64,000 nt of DNA. Origin: an uncultured bacterium. Lineage in GTDB: Bacteria > Omnitrophota > Omnitrophia > Omnitrophales > Aquincolibacteriaceae. A program made the translations under genes and the position numbers. Location of the stretch: positions 397,911 to 461,910 of the forward strand of contig CAYSSX010000001.1 of NCBI GenBank assembly GCA_964434115.1, written 5' to 3'. Positions 1 through 9,500 of the stretch are shown piece by piece. The notes beneath the pieces are model-generated. The model did no database searches. It was not told the DNA's origin and saw nothing but the letters and a program-made list of their open reading frames with translations. Each line of letters opens with the position of its first letter. Positions within the stretch are counted from its first letter, which is position 1.

Positions 1-854
1 TCGTCCTGGCGGTGAACAATGTCCTTAAAACGCCCTCCCCAGACAAGGTCCTCAGGCGTATAGGAATAGCGGGCATGGATATTCTGGGAAAAGGTCTCGT
101 CCACGCCGGAAACAGAAACAAAGATTTCGGTACCCACCCGCTCCAGATCTTCAAGAGTCGCCTGATAAAAAGGACTCCCGGCATCAATCGGGTGAATCAG
201 GGTCCAGGTCAAAGCAAACACAGGCGAATAATCCCGTTCCAGTTTCAGGCTGTAAATTTTCCGGAAAGATTCCCCCTCTTTAGAAACTTCGGTACGGACA
301 AGGCTCAGCCCCACCTTGGCCTCCGCGATTTGGTTCAGGCGTTCGTTGGCAATCCGCATCATGAGTACTTTTTCGCCGTCAAGCGTCGTGATCAAGGCCG
401 GGCGGCTGAAAAGAATGCGCGATGTGGGACGCGCAAACCGCGCGTAAAAAAGACCCGTGACCGTGGCCAGGCAAAGCATTCCGAGCAAAGCTTCCAGGGT
501 CACCAGAATATTGGCGATCAAGTTCACGGGGCTGATCCGGCCGTAACCAATTGTGGCAATGGTCTGCACGCTGAAAAAGAAACAATCCACAAAACGGTCG
601 AGACGAGTGCCGTCACGAATACCGCCCAGCGCATCCGGGCCGCAGAAAAAATACGCGGTGGCAAACTCCACGTTAATGGCCATATAAAGGATAAAGACCC
701 AGAGAAAAAACTCACCCCAGGACGCGGACAAAAAATAATGGTAAAGATCACTGATGGGAAATTTTTTCGGGCCTTTGCGGCGAAGATTAAAAGACCCGTC
801 CTTGTTGAGGATTTTCCAGCGCGGGGTTTTGGGGGCGGACGCTTCCTGGTTCAT
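1..854 (-). CDS. KirBac-like inward-rectifier potassium channel; partial, C-terminus lies beyond the left edge of the window
   Basis: A manual minus-strand translation in the register antisense to the listed ORF 12..893 gives an ATG at 852-854 and the sequence MNQEASAPKTPRWKILNKDGSFNLRRKGPKKFPISDLYHYFLSASWGEFFLWVFILYMAINVEFA..., which matches the Kir N-terminus/slide helix and M1 helix (compare KirBac RLVxKDGxxNV...DLYYW..SW). Further downstream the codons at 540-584 encode TIGYG, the K+ selectivity filter. No in-frame stop occurs before position 1. Confidence 0.75.
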   Translation of the reverse strand, partial: MNQEASAPKTPRWKILNKDGSFNLRRKGPKKFPISDLYHYFLSASWGEFFLWVFILYMAINVEFATAYFFCGPDALGGIRDGTRLDRFVDCFFFSVQTIATIGYGRISPVNLIANILVTLEALLGMLCLATVTGLFYARFARPTSRILFSRPALITTLDGEKVLMMRIANERLNQIAEAKVGLSLVRTEVSKEGESFRKIYSLKLERDYSPVFALTWTLIHPIDAGSPFYQATLEDLERVGTEIFVSVSGVDETFSQNIHARYSYTPEDLVWGGRFKDIVHRQD

Positions 855-859
855 TCGGT

Positions 860-1258
860 TTATCGGGGGCTCTCGGGCGCCAGATCCCTTTGAATCCTGG
901 AAGCCGCGCGGACGGAACCCCGGGCAGCGTTCTGCGCGTTCAAAGCCGCTTCCTTGGCGTCATCGGCGAATTTCGCGGACTCTTCGGCGGAACGCATGGC
1001 CTTGCGTGCGTATTCCTTGGAGTCCTCGATTTTGTCCGCGCGGTAAGCACGGCGCGCGAACTTCTGCGCCTCCACAGCCTTTTCAGAAGCCTGGCCCGCC
1101 AGATCCGCAGACTGCGCGGCAAAGGTCATGGCATCGCCGGAGTACCCCTGAACCGCCGTGGTTTGACGGCCCGTGTCCTCTGCCCCTGCCTGGGGAACTC
1201 CCACAAACGGAACGACCGCAAGAATCACCCACCGGAAACAAATATTCTTTAAGTGCAT
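860..1258 (-). CDS. small secreted alpha-helical (coiled-coil-like) protein of unknown function
   Basis: ORF 860..1378. The internal start MHLKNICFRWVILAVVPFVGVPQAGA at 1258 gives a signal peptide followed by an Ala/Lys/Glu-rich helical repeat (KAVEAQKFARRAYRADKIEDSKEYARKAMRSAEESAKFADDAKEAALNAQ). Starting at 1258 also removes the overlap with the upstream gene. The stop is 6 bp before the KirBac start. Confidence 0.45.
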   Translation of the reverse strand: MHLKNICFRWVILAVVPFVGVPQAGAEDTGRQTTAVQGYSGDAMTFAAQSADLAGQASEKAVEAQKFARRAYRADKIEDSKEYARKAMRSAEESAKFADDAKEAALNAQNAARGSVRAASRIQRDLAPESPR

Positions 1259-1277
1259 ACGTTTCTCAAGCCTCCCT

Positions 1278-1865
1278 TTAAAAGGAATTGTCCGCGTCCG
1301 CGAGAGCGCCGCCCGCAAGCAGGGTTTCGACATCCCGGGGCACATAGCGAAAACGGGACTGAATCTTCTGGTATTCAATGGTTCCGGAAAGGGCTCCGAG
1401 TTTGTCCTGAATCTTTTTGTACGCGGGATCCCCTTCCAGTTTCTTTTTCAACTTATCGATTTGTTTTTGTCTTTTCTGAAAGGCTTTATCGCCCGCCGCG
1501 ATCAGGGCTTCGTCTTCCGGCGTCCACGGAAAATTCACGAACGCGCTGAAACCTTTGTCGCGAATAATTTTCGAGGGGGCGTGGGCCAGCAAAAAATAAT
1601 AACGCGCGCTGTTCTGGTCAGCGGTCGCCAGCTGAAGGTCAAGGCTTTGCTCAACCGTGTCTCTCAAGTCATGAAGGTGGAGGCGCACAAGGTGGTGAAA
1701 CGCGACCTGGGTCTGCTTTTGGACCTTCACATAATAATCCCACGCCTCATCGGAGGGCGCGGCGGCTTTCTGGCCCGCCTGGGCGGAAGATACGGCCAGC
1801 ATTAAAAACAGGAAGGGGAAAAATCCGGCCTTGCGTTTCATCGGCATCCTTTTTTGAGGCTCCAT
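1278..1865 (-). CDS. secreted hypothetical protein
   Basis: The 195-aa ORF has an N-terminal signal peptide (MKRKAGFFPFLFLMLAVSSAQA; alternative starts at 1847 and 1841) and no recognisable catalytic motif. Confidence 0.5.
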   Translation of the reverse strand: MEPQKRMPMKRKAGFFPFLFLMLAVSSAQAGQKAAAPSDEAWDYYVKVQKQTQVAFHHLVRLHLHDLRDTVEQSLDLQLATADQNSARYYFLLAHAPSKIIRDKGFSAFVNFPWTPEDEALIAAGDKAFQKRQKQIDKLKKKLEGDPAYKKIQDKLGALSGTIEYQKIQSRFRYVPRDVETLLAGGALADADNSF

Positions 1866-1960
1866 CTTAGACGGGCCTTACTCCCGGGTCTATGTTTTTT
1901 TGTTTGAAAAAATTGTTTACTCCTGCAATGAAATGACGGCGCCTGCCTAAATACGCTGTC

Positions 1961-1988
1961 TTGCTAATCCCATGGGTTCAGGCATAAT
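1961..1988 (+). promoter_or_regulatory. putative sigma70-type promoter for the PEP-CTERM gene
   Basis: TTGCTA (1961-1966), a 16-bp spacer, then CATAAT (1983-1988). An AAGGA ribosome-binding site lies at 2023-2027, 5 nt before the ATG at 2033. Confidence 0.3.
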
Positions 1989-2032
1989 CACTGCCGGCTC
2001 TCCGGAGTCAATCTCAATACCTAAGGACGTCT

Positions 2033-2626
2033 ATGGAAACCCTGTCATTCAAAAAGTTTTTTCTGGCTCTATCTCTCGCTGCTTTCACCTATGTTCCGGC
2101 CGGAAACGCTGCCGTTTTCACGGACACTCTGAATTACGGGAGCGGCATCACCATTACGGAAACCCTTTTCAATTTCAATGCAGGTCCCAGCTGGACCCAT
2201 GACATTAACGATAACCTGGGCGGCTACAACTTTTCTAATGTCACGCTCCTGGATGCCACGCTGACCGTGACGTTCAGCGGCACCGCGGGCAACCGGACGT
2301 TCAACATTATCCCGAACCCTGAATTGTGGTCGATCGATGGTCTGGGTTCCCTGAATGCGGTGAACAACATCGCCACCGCAACGCAGGGTTTTTCATTCAC
2401 AGCCCCAACCCTTGCAGACCTTCAGGCGGACGGACTTTTCACAGCCACCCCCCGCGAATGGTCCCTTGATGTGCAGGACCTGATTGACAGAGACCGCTTT
2501 AAACTGATCTCTTCAACCTTGTCGGGCCATTACATCCCGCACTCGCCCGAACCGACGAGCTTTCTGCTTCTCGGTATGGGCCTCGCTCTTGGCGGATTTC
2601 TGAAAAGAAAGAAAGCTTCCGTCTAA
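2033..2626 (+). CDS. PEP-CTERM sorting-domain secreted protein (putative exosortase substrate)
   Basis: N-terminal signal peptide (LALSLAAFTYVPAGNA). The C-terminus reads HSPEPTSFLLLGMGLALGGFLKRKKASV, i.e. a PEP motif (nt 2546-2554), then a hydrophobic span, then a basic tail. This is the canonical PEP-CTERM tripartite signal. Confidence 0.75.
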   Translation: METLSFKKFFLALSLAAFTYVPAGNAAVFTDTLNYGSGITITETLFNFNAGPSWTHDINDNLGGYNFSNVTLLDATLTVTFSGTAGNRTFNIIPNPELWSIDGLGSLNAVNNIATATQGFSFTAPTLADLQADGLFTATPREWSLDVQDLIDRDRFKLISSTLSGHYIPHSPEPTSFLLLGMGLALGGFLKRKKASV

Positions 2627-2652
2627 ACGCTCGCAGCACTCTGGACTTAACC

Positions 2653-2690
2653 AAAGAAGGCCGCCCAAAATGCGGCCTTCTTTGGTTTTG
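2653..2690 (+). terminator. rho-independent terminator after the PEP-CTERM gene
   Basis: Stem AAAGAAGGCCGC (2653-2664), loop CCAAAATG, stem GCGGCCTTCTTT (2672-2683), followed by GGTTTTG. Confidence 0.6.
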
Positions 2691-2724
2691 CGATTCTCTG
2701 CTTTCGTTTCACTGCGCCGCCCCG

Positions 2725-2730
2725 TATAAT
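2725..2730 (+). promoter_or_regulatory. possible -10 element (TATAAT) upstream of a small Cys-rich ORF
   Basis: A perfect TATAAT at 2725-2730 lies 21 nt upstream of the ATG at 2752. No convincing -35 is present. Confidence 0.25.
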
Positions 2731-2751
2731 CGTTGCCGCTCAACAAGCGCT

Positions 2752-2976
2752 ATGACAATCCCCTCACCCGAAGAAGCCGCAAAGAGAATTGCGGAGATTC
2801 ACGAAAAGGCCTGCGCGGAAGGATCGGACACCTATGACGATCCTTTCACGGATGAAACCATTTTCACCCGCCACTACCTCACCCACAGGGGCTGGTGCTG
2901 CCAGCAGGGATGCCGCCACTGCCCTTACGGCGAAACCCATATCGTGGTCCGTTACAAGAACCCGCCCGCGGGTTGA
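2752..2976 (+). CDS. small cysteine-rich protein of unknown function
   Basis: The 74-aa ORF contains a cluster of conserved-looking Cys/His (GWCCQQGCRHCPYGETH), suggesting a metal-binding or zinc-ribbon-like small protein. Confidence 0.45.
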   Translation: MTIPSPEEAAKRIAEIHEKACAEGSDTYDDPFTDETIFTRHYLTHRGWCCQQGCRHCPYGETHIVVRYKNPPAG

Positions 2977-3043
2977 CTTCTCCTGTGTGAAGCGGTAACA
3001 TGCCCGAGTTTTCACGCATCCAACCATCACCCCGGAGAATGAC

Positions 3044-3382
3044 ATGAAACCATGGCTCCGCCGCCTTTTCGCAATTGTCTTTTTATTCCTGTTCGCCCGT
3101 CCGGCATCCGCGGCCATTGAAAACTGGCAGCCCAGCCCCTGGACCAAAGAAACCACTTACGTTGAAAAGAGCATCAATAAACTCGGCTTCGGCCTTCTCA
3201 ACGGCCTCACCGGCTGGACGGCGCTTTTTTTTGAACCCATGCGCGAGGAAAATAAATTCACGGGAATTGTCAAAGGCTCCTGGCGCACCCTCACCAACAC
3301 CGTGGGCGGCGCGCTCCATATCCTGACCTTTCCCATCCCTCTCGACATTCCTCTTCCCGACGGCGGGGTGAGCTTTGAATAA
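3044..3382 (+). CDS. secreted protein, paralog A of a tandem pair
   Basis: Signal peptide (LFAIVFLFLFARPASAA). It shares the blocks KLGFGL.N.L.GWT..F.E and L..LTFP.P.D.P with the next ORF. Confidence 0.55.
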   Translation: MKPWLRRLFAIVFLFLFARPASAAIENWQPSPWTKETTYVEKSINKLGFGLLNGLTGWTALFFEPMREENKFTGIVKGSWRTLTNTVGGALHILTFPIPLDIPLPDGGVSFE

Positions 3383-3824
3383 ACGCCGCCGCGCCCTGGT
3401 TCTGCTTTCCCTTTTCTGTTTACTGTCCGCTCCCGCCCGCACCGAAGCCGCGTCTCCCTGGGCCGCGCAGCCTACTTACGCCGGAAAAACGGGCGGCAAG
3501 CTGGGCTTTGGTTTAAAAAACAGCCTTCTGGGATGGACCATGATGTTCGTGGAAGCCAAGCAGCCCGAATATAAAAAAGACTGGGAAGGTTTCTGTGTGG
3601 GAATTTCCCGCTCTGTTTTCTACACCGCGGCCGGACTTGTTCAGCTCGTGACCTTTCCGGTGCCTGTCGATTTTCCCGATGTCGGAAAAGGCCTTCACGT
3701 TCCGACTCCGGAAAAAATTGCGGGCGGCTCCAGAAAGTTCGGGCTGGAACCGGATGCCTCCCTGCCGCCGGAAACCGCGCCGTCAGCCGAAGCGGATACC
3801 CTCACGCTCCCAGCCATCCCTTAA
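3375..3824 (+). CDS. secreted protein, paralog B of a tandem pair
   Basis: Signal peptide (LVLLSLFCLLSAPARTEA). It carries the same conserved blocks as 3044..3382, overlaps it by 8 nt (translational coupling), and has a Pro/Ala-rich tail. Confidence 0.55.
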   Translation: MNKRRRALVLLSLFCLLSAPARTEAASPWAAQPTYAGKTGGKLGFGLKNSLLGWTMMFVEAKQPEYKKDWEGFCVGISRSVFYTAAGLVQLVTFPVPVDFPDVGKGLHVPTPEKIAGGSRKFGLEPDASLPPETAPSAEADTLTLPAIP

Positions 3825-3840
3825 AACCGGATTTCCTTGA

Positions 3841-4224
3841 ATGCCTATGCCTAACAGAAATTGCTTCCTTCTTTTCCTTCTCTGCGCGGTCTTGTCCGGA
3901 TGCGCTCCGGGTTGTCTCGGCGCGCATATTCACATGGTCCGCGCCGAAGGCGCGTATGACAAGGCCCATGAGATGAGAAAATCCGGCGTTCCTTACACCG
4001 AGCGTTTGACCCTCTACCGCGTGGCCTGCGAAGAAGCGGTCAAGGCCTACAACGCCTCACCTTCGGTCTTTACGCTCAGCCGCATTGAAATCGCGGCAGA
4101 CGCCTGTTTCAGAGTTGAAGATCTTGAAAACCGGGAAATGTTTCTGGAGTTTGAAGCGAGGTATTCAGCGGAACATCCGGATGAAGTCCGCTACGGGGAC
4201 GCCTTCCCGACTCTGGAAGGTTAA
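3841..4224 (+). CDS. putative lipoprotein
   Basis: The N-terminus MPMPNRNCFLLFLLCAVLSGC has an LSGC lipobox. Confidence 0.5.
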   Translation: MPMPNRNCFLLFLLCAVLSGCAPGCLGAHIHMVRAEGAYDKAHEMRKSGVPYTERLTLYRVACEEAVKAYNASPSVFTLSRIEIAADACFRVEDLENREMFLEFEARYSAEHPDEVRYGDAFPTLEG

Positions 4225-4262
4225 AGCCTTTGACAAAGCCGGGAAGGTAGCCCGCAAGGGGT

Positions 4263-4490
4263 TTATTTCACGTAAGAATATTTACGTGCCGGCTGCACGG
4301 TCTGGACCGCGGGATCCACAACCTGAACGGGCTGCTGAGCGGCCATTGCGGCGCGTTCGGCGCGGGCCTGTTCAAGACGGCTGGCAACGTCGATCATCTG
4401 AGGTTCCTTTTTGCTTGCGCAGCCTGCCGCAGCAACGGCAATCAACCCCATCAGAACGGCTGATTTCATCAAATCTTTTTTCGTGCTCAC
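4263..4490 (-). CDS. small lipoprotein
   Basis: 75 aa with an LIAVAAAGC lipobox. An AAAGGAG ribosome-binding site lies upstream on the minus strand (reverse complement of 4495-4510). Confidence 0.5.
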   Translation of the reverse strand: MSTKKDLMKSAVLMGLIAVAAAGCASKKEPQMIDVASRLEQARAERAAMAAQQPVQVVDPAVQTVQPARKYSYVK

Positions 4491-4627
4491 AACTGCTCCT
4501 TTTTCCGGCTTCCCGCCGGTGACTCATGCCTCCTCGCGGAGACGGTTCGAATTGCGGAATTTTACTCCTAATCCCGCAACTTTTCTTCTACTTTTTTATG
4601 CGAATGCGGAAATTCCCGGCCTTCGCG

Positions 4628-5401
4628 CTACCCGTGGAAGAAAAAAATAAAGGCCAGCGCCAGCAGGATCCGGTAAACCCCAAAGGCTGTAAACCCGTGG
4701 TTCCGGATATAGCCCATCAGCCACCGGATCGCCAGAATGGCCACCCCAAAAGAAACCAAGGCCCCAATCCCAAGCAGGGTCCATTCCTCCGGCAGAAACG
4801 AGTGGGAGCTTTTCAAGAGGTCTAGTGCCGTGGCCGCCAGCATGGTCGGAATGGCCAGCAAAAACGAAAACTCCACAATGGTCTTCCGGCGCAGGCCAAG
4901 AAACATTCCGCCGACAATGGTCGCGGCCGCGCGGGAAACCCCGGGAATCATGGCCAAAGACTGAAAAACACCGATCAGGACCGCCGTCTTATAGGGAATG
5001 CGGGCCAAATCCTCCACAGATTCTTCCTTTTCCCGGAAAAGCCTTTCAAAAACAATCAGGAAAATGCCGCCGAGCAGCAGGGACGCGATCACCACCGTCT
5101 CCCCTGCCAGCAGGTATTTTTTTACGATTTTATACAGGATGAGCCCAAGCACGGCCGTGGGGATAAAGGCCGCGCAGACACGCTTGAACACCTCAAAATC
5201 CACGAGCAGACGGCGCCAGTAAAGAACAAGGACAGAAAAAATCGCTCCGGCCTGAATCGCAATTTCAAAGCTCTTGAGAAACTCCGTCTGCTCAAGCCCC
5301 ATCAGACGGCCTGATAAAATAAGATGCCCGGTCGAAGATATAGGTAAAAACTCCGAAATCCCCTCAACAATCCCTAAGACCACTGCGTGTATCCAATTCA
5401 T
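4628..5401 (-). CDS. uppP: undecaprenyl-diphosphatase (UppP/BacA)
   Basis: 257 aa with eight predicted transmembrane segments and the family motif VEGISEFLPISSTGHL near the N-terminus. Confidence 0.9.
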   Translation of the reverse strand: MNWIHAVVLGIVEGISEFLPISSTGHLILSGRLMGLEQTEFLKSFEIAIQAGAIFSVLVLYWRRLLVDFEVFKRVCAAFIPTAVLGLILYKIVKKYLLAGETVVIASLLLGGIFLIVFERLFREKEESVEDLARIPYKTAVLIGVFQSLAMIPGVSRAAATIVGGMFLGLRRKTIVEFSFLLAIPTMLAATALDLLKSSHSFLPEEWTLLGIGALVSFGVAILAIRWLMGYIRNHGFTAFGVYRILLALAFIFFFHG

Positions 5402-5685
5402 GCGGATCCTTTCAAAGGTTTTAAATAATAGGGGGGAAGGAGTATGGTATCAGGCCTGTCAACGGGCGGGAAAAGTATTGCTTGCAGGGGTTTTCATTCA
5501 CTGTTAGGCTGAACGGGAATTGAGAGCCAAAACCGGGGAATCCAGGATTCCTTTCTTTTCCTCTCTCTTTGCCGTACCGCCAAAGGGCACACCTCTTCCC
5601 CGTATCCCGGCGGCACCTCAGCACGAGCTGTCAGCGGCGGTTCAAAAATACTCGAAGCAAAGTTTTGAAGTCAAAAGGGATTTTC

Positions 5686-6567
5686 ATGTCAGACGTCATC
5701 GAAAACAAGAACCTTTATCCCCTGCCGGTGAGACGTGTCCGCTGGGTCGGCATTGTGTTCTTTGCCGTGATTCACGCGGTGGGGATTATCGGAGCGCCGC
5801 TGTATATGATTTACCACGGCGTCAGCACTTCGGAATGGATTCTTTTTTTGACCTACACTTCGCTGAGCGGCATGGCCATTACCATGGGTTATCACCGTCT
5901 CTTTGCCCACGCCACTTTCAAAACCGGCGCTGTCATCCGCTTTCTTCTTCTTTACTTCGGAGCTTCCACCTTTGAGCAGACCGCGCTGAAATGGGCCTCC
6001 CAGCACCGCCAGCATCATCAGTTCACGGATACGGAACGCGACCCTTACAGCATTCAAAAAGGGTTCTGGTATGCGCACATGGGCTGGATCATTTTGTGGA
6101 AACACAAAGTCAATTACGACATCGTCAAAGACCTGAGCAAGGACGCCCTGACAAAACATCAGCACGAATATGAAGGGGTCTGGGCCGTGGGAAGCGGCAT
6201 TGTCGTTCCCCTGATCCTTGGCGCGCTCACCGGGCACATCCTCGGCGCGTTTATCCTGACCGTGTGCCTCAGGCTTGTGATCGTGATGAATTCTGCGTTC
6301 TTCATTAACTCTTTCGCCCACACCTTCGGGTCACGCCCTTACGACAAAACGATTTCCGCGCGCGATCACTGGCTGGGAGCTTTTCTGACCAACGGCGAGG
6401 GCTATCACAATTTTCACCACCGTTTTCCTTCCGACTACCGCAACGGCGTGAAATGGTATCACTGGGATCCCAGCAAATGGCTTATTTACGCGCTTTCTAA
6501 GGTGGGGCTTACCTGGGATTTAAAACGCACTTCCGACGAAAAAATACGCTACGCAGAATCGCTGTAA
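5686..6567 (+). CDS. acyl-CoA desaturase (stearoyl-CoA delta-9 desaturase family)
   Basis: Three histidine boxes are present (HRLFAH, HRQHH, HNFHH) together with transmembrane helices. Start MSDVIENK at 5686 is preceded by an AAAAGGGA ribosome-binding site. The listed ORF 5569.. begins further upstream in the same frame. Confidence 0.85.
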   Translation: MSDVIENKNLYPLPVRRVRWVGIVFFAVIHAVGIIGAPLYMIYHGVSTSEWILFLTYTSLSGMAITMGYHRLFAHATFKTGAVIRFLLLYFGASTFEQTALKWASQHRQHHQFTDTERDPYSIQKGFWYAHMGWIILWKHKVNYDIVKDLSKDALTKHQHEYEGVWAVGSGIVVPLILGALTGHILGAFILTVCLRLVIVMNSAFFINSFAHTFGSRPYDKTISARDHWLGAFLTNGEGYHNFHHRFPSDYRNGVKWYHWDPSKWLIYALSKVGLTWDLKRTSDEKIRYAESL

Positions 6568-6574
6568 GCGCACC

Positions 6575-9500
6575 TTACGCGGACGCCGCGATCGACTGTT
6601 CGCTGAGCATGAAGGTGTGGAAGGCTTCGAGCATAATCCCGATCCTGTTCTGACTCAGATCAAACGACGCCCCGCCAAACAGGGATTCAAGACCGTACTC
6701 CCGCAGAAGTTCTGCCGGCAGCAAATCCTCTTCAAGCGCCACGGCCAGCGCCAAAAACACTTTGAGCTTCAACAAGGCCGCCCTTTCCAGAGCATTTAAT
6801 TTTGTCAGATCGCCGCTGTGTTCAATGGCCCAAACCCAGTTTTTCCCGCTGACGATTTTTGAATTTCCGGAAAGCGCCACCAGCCCGAGTTTCTTCTGTC
6901 CTGAAATGTCCCGCAGTTTCTCGGCGCGTTCAAGCCGGGCATCCGGCTGGATCCCTTTAATTCCCGCGTTTTGAAAAACCCGGACCAGGCTTTCGGCGAT
7001 ATGAAATTCCCCTTCCAGGGCTTCCGAAGAAGACAACGTCAGCCGGTCAATCCAGCCCGCGGAATTTTTCAGCGCCGCTTCCAGATCAGCGGTCCAGGCC
7101 CCGTCCTTTTCCAGCGGAAGATCCAGCGCGAGATTCACGCGTCGGTCCGGAAATTTACTTTGCAAGCGCTGATACGCCCGGGCAAGCGCCTGGTCCACAG
7201 CCGCCGACGAAGCCTGAATGCGCGCAGCCGCGGATTTCACTTCCGCATCGCGGCGGGATTCCAGATCAAGCATGGCCGACAAAAGACCTGTTTCAACATC
7301 CGTCAGATTTTCCGCCTGAGCGAGCCGATCCACGGCACCGGAATTGACAGGACCGCGGAAAGCCGCATCCGGCGCAAGCCGCTCAGCCACTTCCTTCATA
7401 TCCCCGATGCTGTACAAAGCCTCCGGCGCCGCCTCTCTCAATTCGGAGCGGTTTCCGGGCTGCGTATCAATCGCATAGTTGATCAGCCTCAGCCATTTCT
7501 GGGTGCCTGTGAGGTTCACCGCGCCCCTGTCTTTGACCGCGCGCTCCGAAGTCCTGTTGCGGCTGTTCTCAATATCCAGAAAATAACCGCCTTCAACGTC
7601 GAGCGCGAAACGGGCATAGCCGCCGGGCCCAAACTGATCATCCAGGAAAACAAATTTTTTCCGGCCCGTATGATTCTGGAAATGACGCGTGGTTTCAGCC
7701 TTATTCATACGCCCTTCAAGCGGGTGATAGGTGGGCACTCCCTCCGGAGACATGACCACAAAAATCATCGGCGTCCGGCCGTCTTCCCGGTCCACATACT
7801 CGCTGGCCACCCTGCCGTACCCGCCAAGGTGCTGTATCGCATCCGCACGGCCGACTTCTTCAAGGCGGCTAAGAACCGGGTAAAAAACCCTTCGCCGCAT
7901 TTCATCCGCGGAGTTTAGCGTATTGACCACCACCGGAACGCCCCGCACCAAAAGCCTGACAATTTCATCCGTGGTCCGGGGTTCCATTTCAAGCGTCTGC
8001 GGGTGATGCGTCAAGGTGCCGTCCATATCGACCATCACAAAACCTTTATCAGAAAAGTCCCTGACAAAGCGCGCAATCTCCTCGACTTTCTGGCGCTGTT
8101 TGACTTCGTGCTGCGCCATCATAAAAAGCTGGAGCGTTGCAATCAGGCTCTCTGCCGGGGCCTGACGGAAAACCGGCTGGCGCGCTTTCAACGAATCCTC
8201 CGGCGCGTAATAAAAAAGCCGGTAATGTTCCAGCGCCGCCATATCATCCGCATCCGTGATATCGGTGAATTGATAGCTTGCGAGCACGGCGCCGGAGTGC
8301 GCGCCGATCCGCTGATAGAACAGCGGCGCTTTTTCCTTTTCAAAATGAAGGACCGCTGACGCGATAAAAAATTGCTGCGCGCCCTGAACACCGATATCGA
8401 CAAACTGAAAAGGGCCGGATCCCGGAAACAGCCTGCGGAAGTCTTCGTAAATCTCCCGGGCCTTGAGCGCGAAAACATTTCTCTCTTCCAGAACCTTGAG
8501 CTGGCTTGTATAGAAGCGCAGAAGAGCTTCCCCTTCAGGTGTTTTTTCATCCCTCGGCCGGTTAATTTTCTTGAGGATCTCGTCCGCGAGCTCTTTCTGA
8601 AAGGTTCCTTCGGACATTTCGCGGTCAAACAGACGGCTCAGATTCGCGTAAAAGAGCGCGGGATTTCTCTGCTCCAGCTTATAAACCGGCGTGGTATCCT
8701 CGGCCGCGGCCGCGGCAAGAATTTTCCGGGTCACGGTATAGACAATCCCCTTGGACAATATTTCTTTCACAATCAAGGCAGAGCGCTTCAGGGGATCGGG
8801 TCTATCCACAAACTTTCCCGTATCGTCTTCGATGGGAAGGTTTGTCATTTTCATGAGCTCTTCGCTTAAAGGATATTCTTCGTCCGACAAGAACCGGTAG
8901 CGGTTCATGGGATAAACCGCCGCGTGTTCAAGGTCTGTTTCAAAGGCCATTTCATTGACGCCATCGCCTCCGAGGTAAATCCGGGTCAAGCCCTCCGGCT
9001 TGTCAAACCCTAACATCATCAGGATGCGGTGATTCAGCTCAGCCGCACGGCCTGAGACATCGTAGTAGCGTTCTCCGGTCAAAAGCTGATTGCTGCCGCC
9101 CAGTCTTTTTTCCAGCCAATGCCGGATTTTTCCTTCCTGTGAGACAAGGTCATCCTCTGACCAGGTTTCCCGTGTCAGCTTGACCAGTTCACGGCTCACA
9201 CGGGACACGTCCTCCGCTCCGCCGGTTTCCATTTCCTTGGTCAGCGCCAGCGCCTTGTCCGTGTACTCCGCGAGGCGCGCTTCCAAGGCCGGGTCCAGTT
9301 TAAAATTCGATTCCTGATAAGCGGAACCAAGCTGAATCGTGGGATCATATTCGTGGTCCACAATCGTCATCTCCCGCGTGGGCGCGTTGACGGCCGGGCC
9401 AATTTGAAAATCCGTATCATCCAGGGAGGCTGGTTCGGCCTCCACAAACTCCGCGCCATAGTATTCCTCGATCCTCTGGATTTCCTGAATCACCCTTGCC

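Noticed and set aside
12-893. A 293-aa plus-strand ORF at the left edge.
   Set aside because: It is exactly antisense and in the same codon register as the minus-strand KirBac channel gene, whose translation gives the Kir slide-helix/M1 and TIGYG motifs. The plus-strand product is low-complexity, Arg/Gly/Gln-rich, with no motifs. This is a typical high-GC shadow ORF. The overlapping ORFs 754..1281, 890..1252 and 1173..1805 were rejected for the same reason.
4530-4560. GGTTCGAAT, the T-loop-like core of tRNAs, in the intergenic region upstream of the small lipoprotein gene.
   Set aside because: No cloverleaf can be drawn around it: there is no acceptor stem, no anticodon arm and no CCA context. 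The flanking sequence instead provides the ribosome-binding site (AAAGGAG) for gene 4263..4490.
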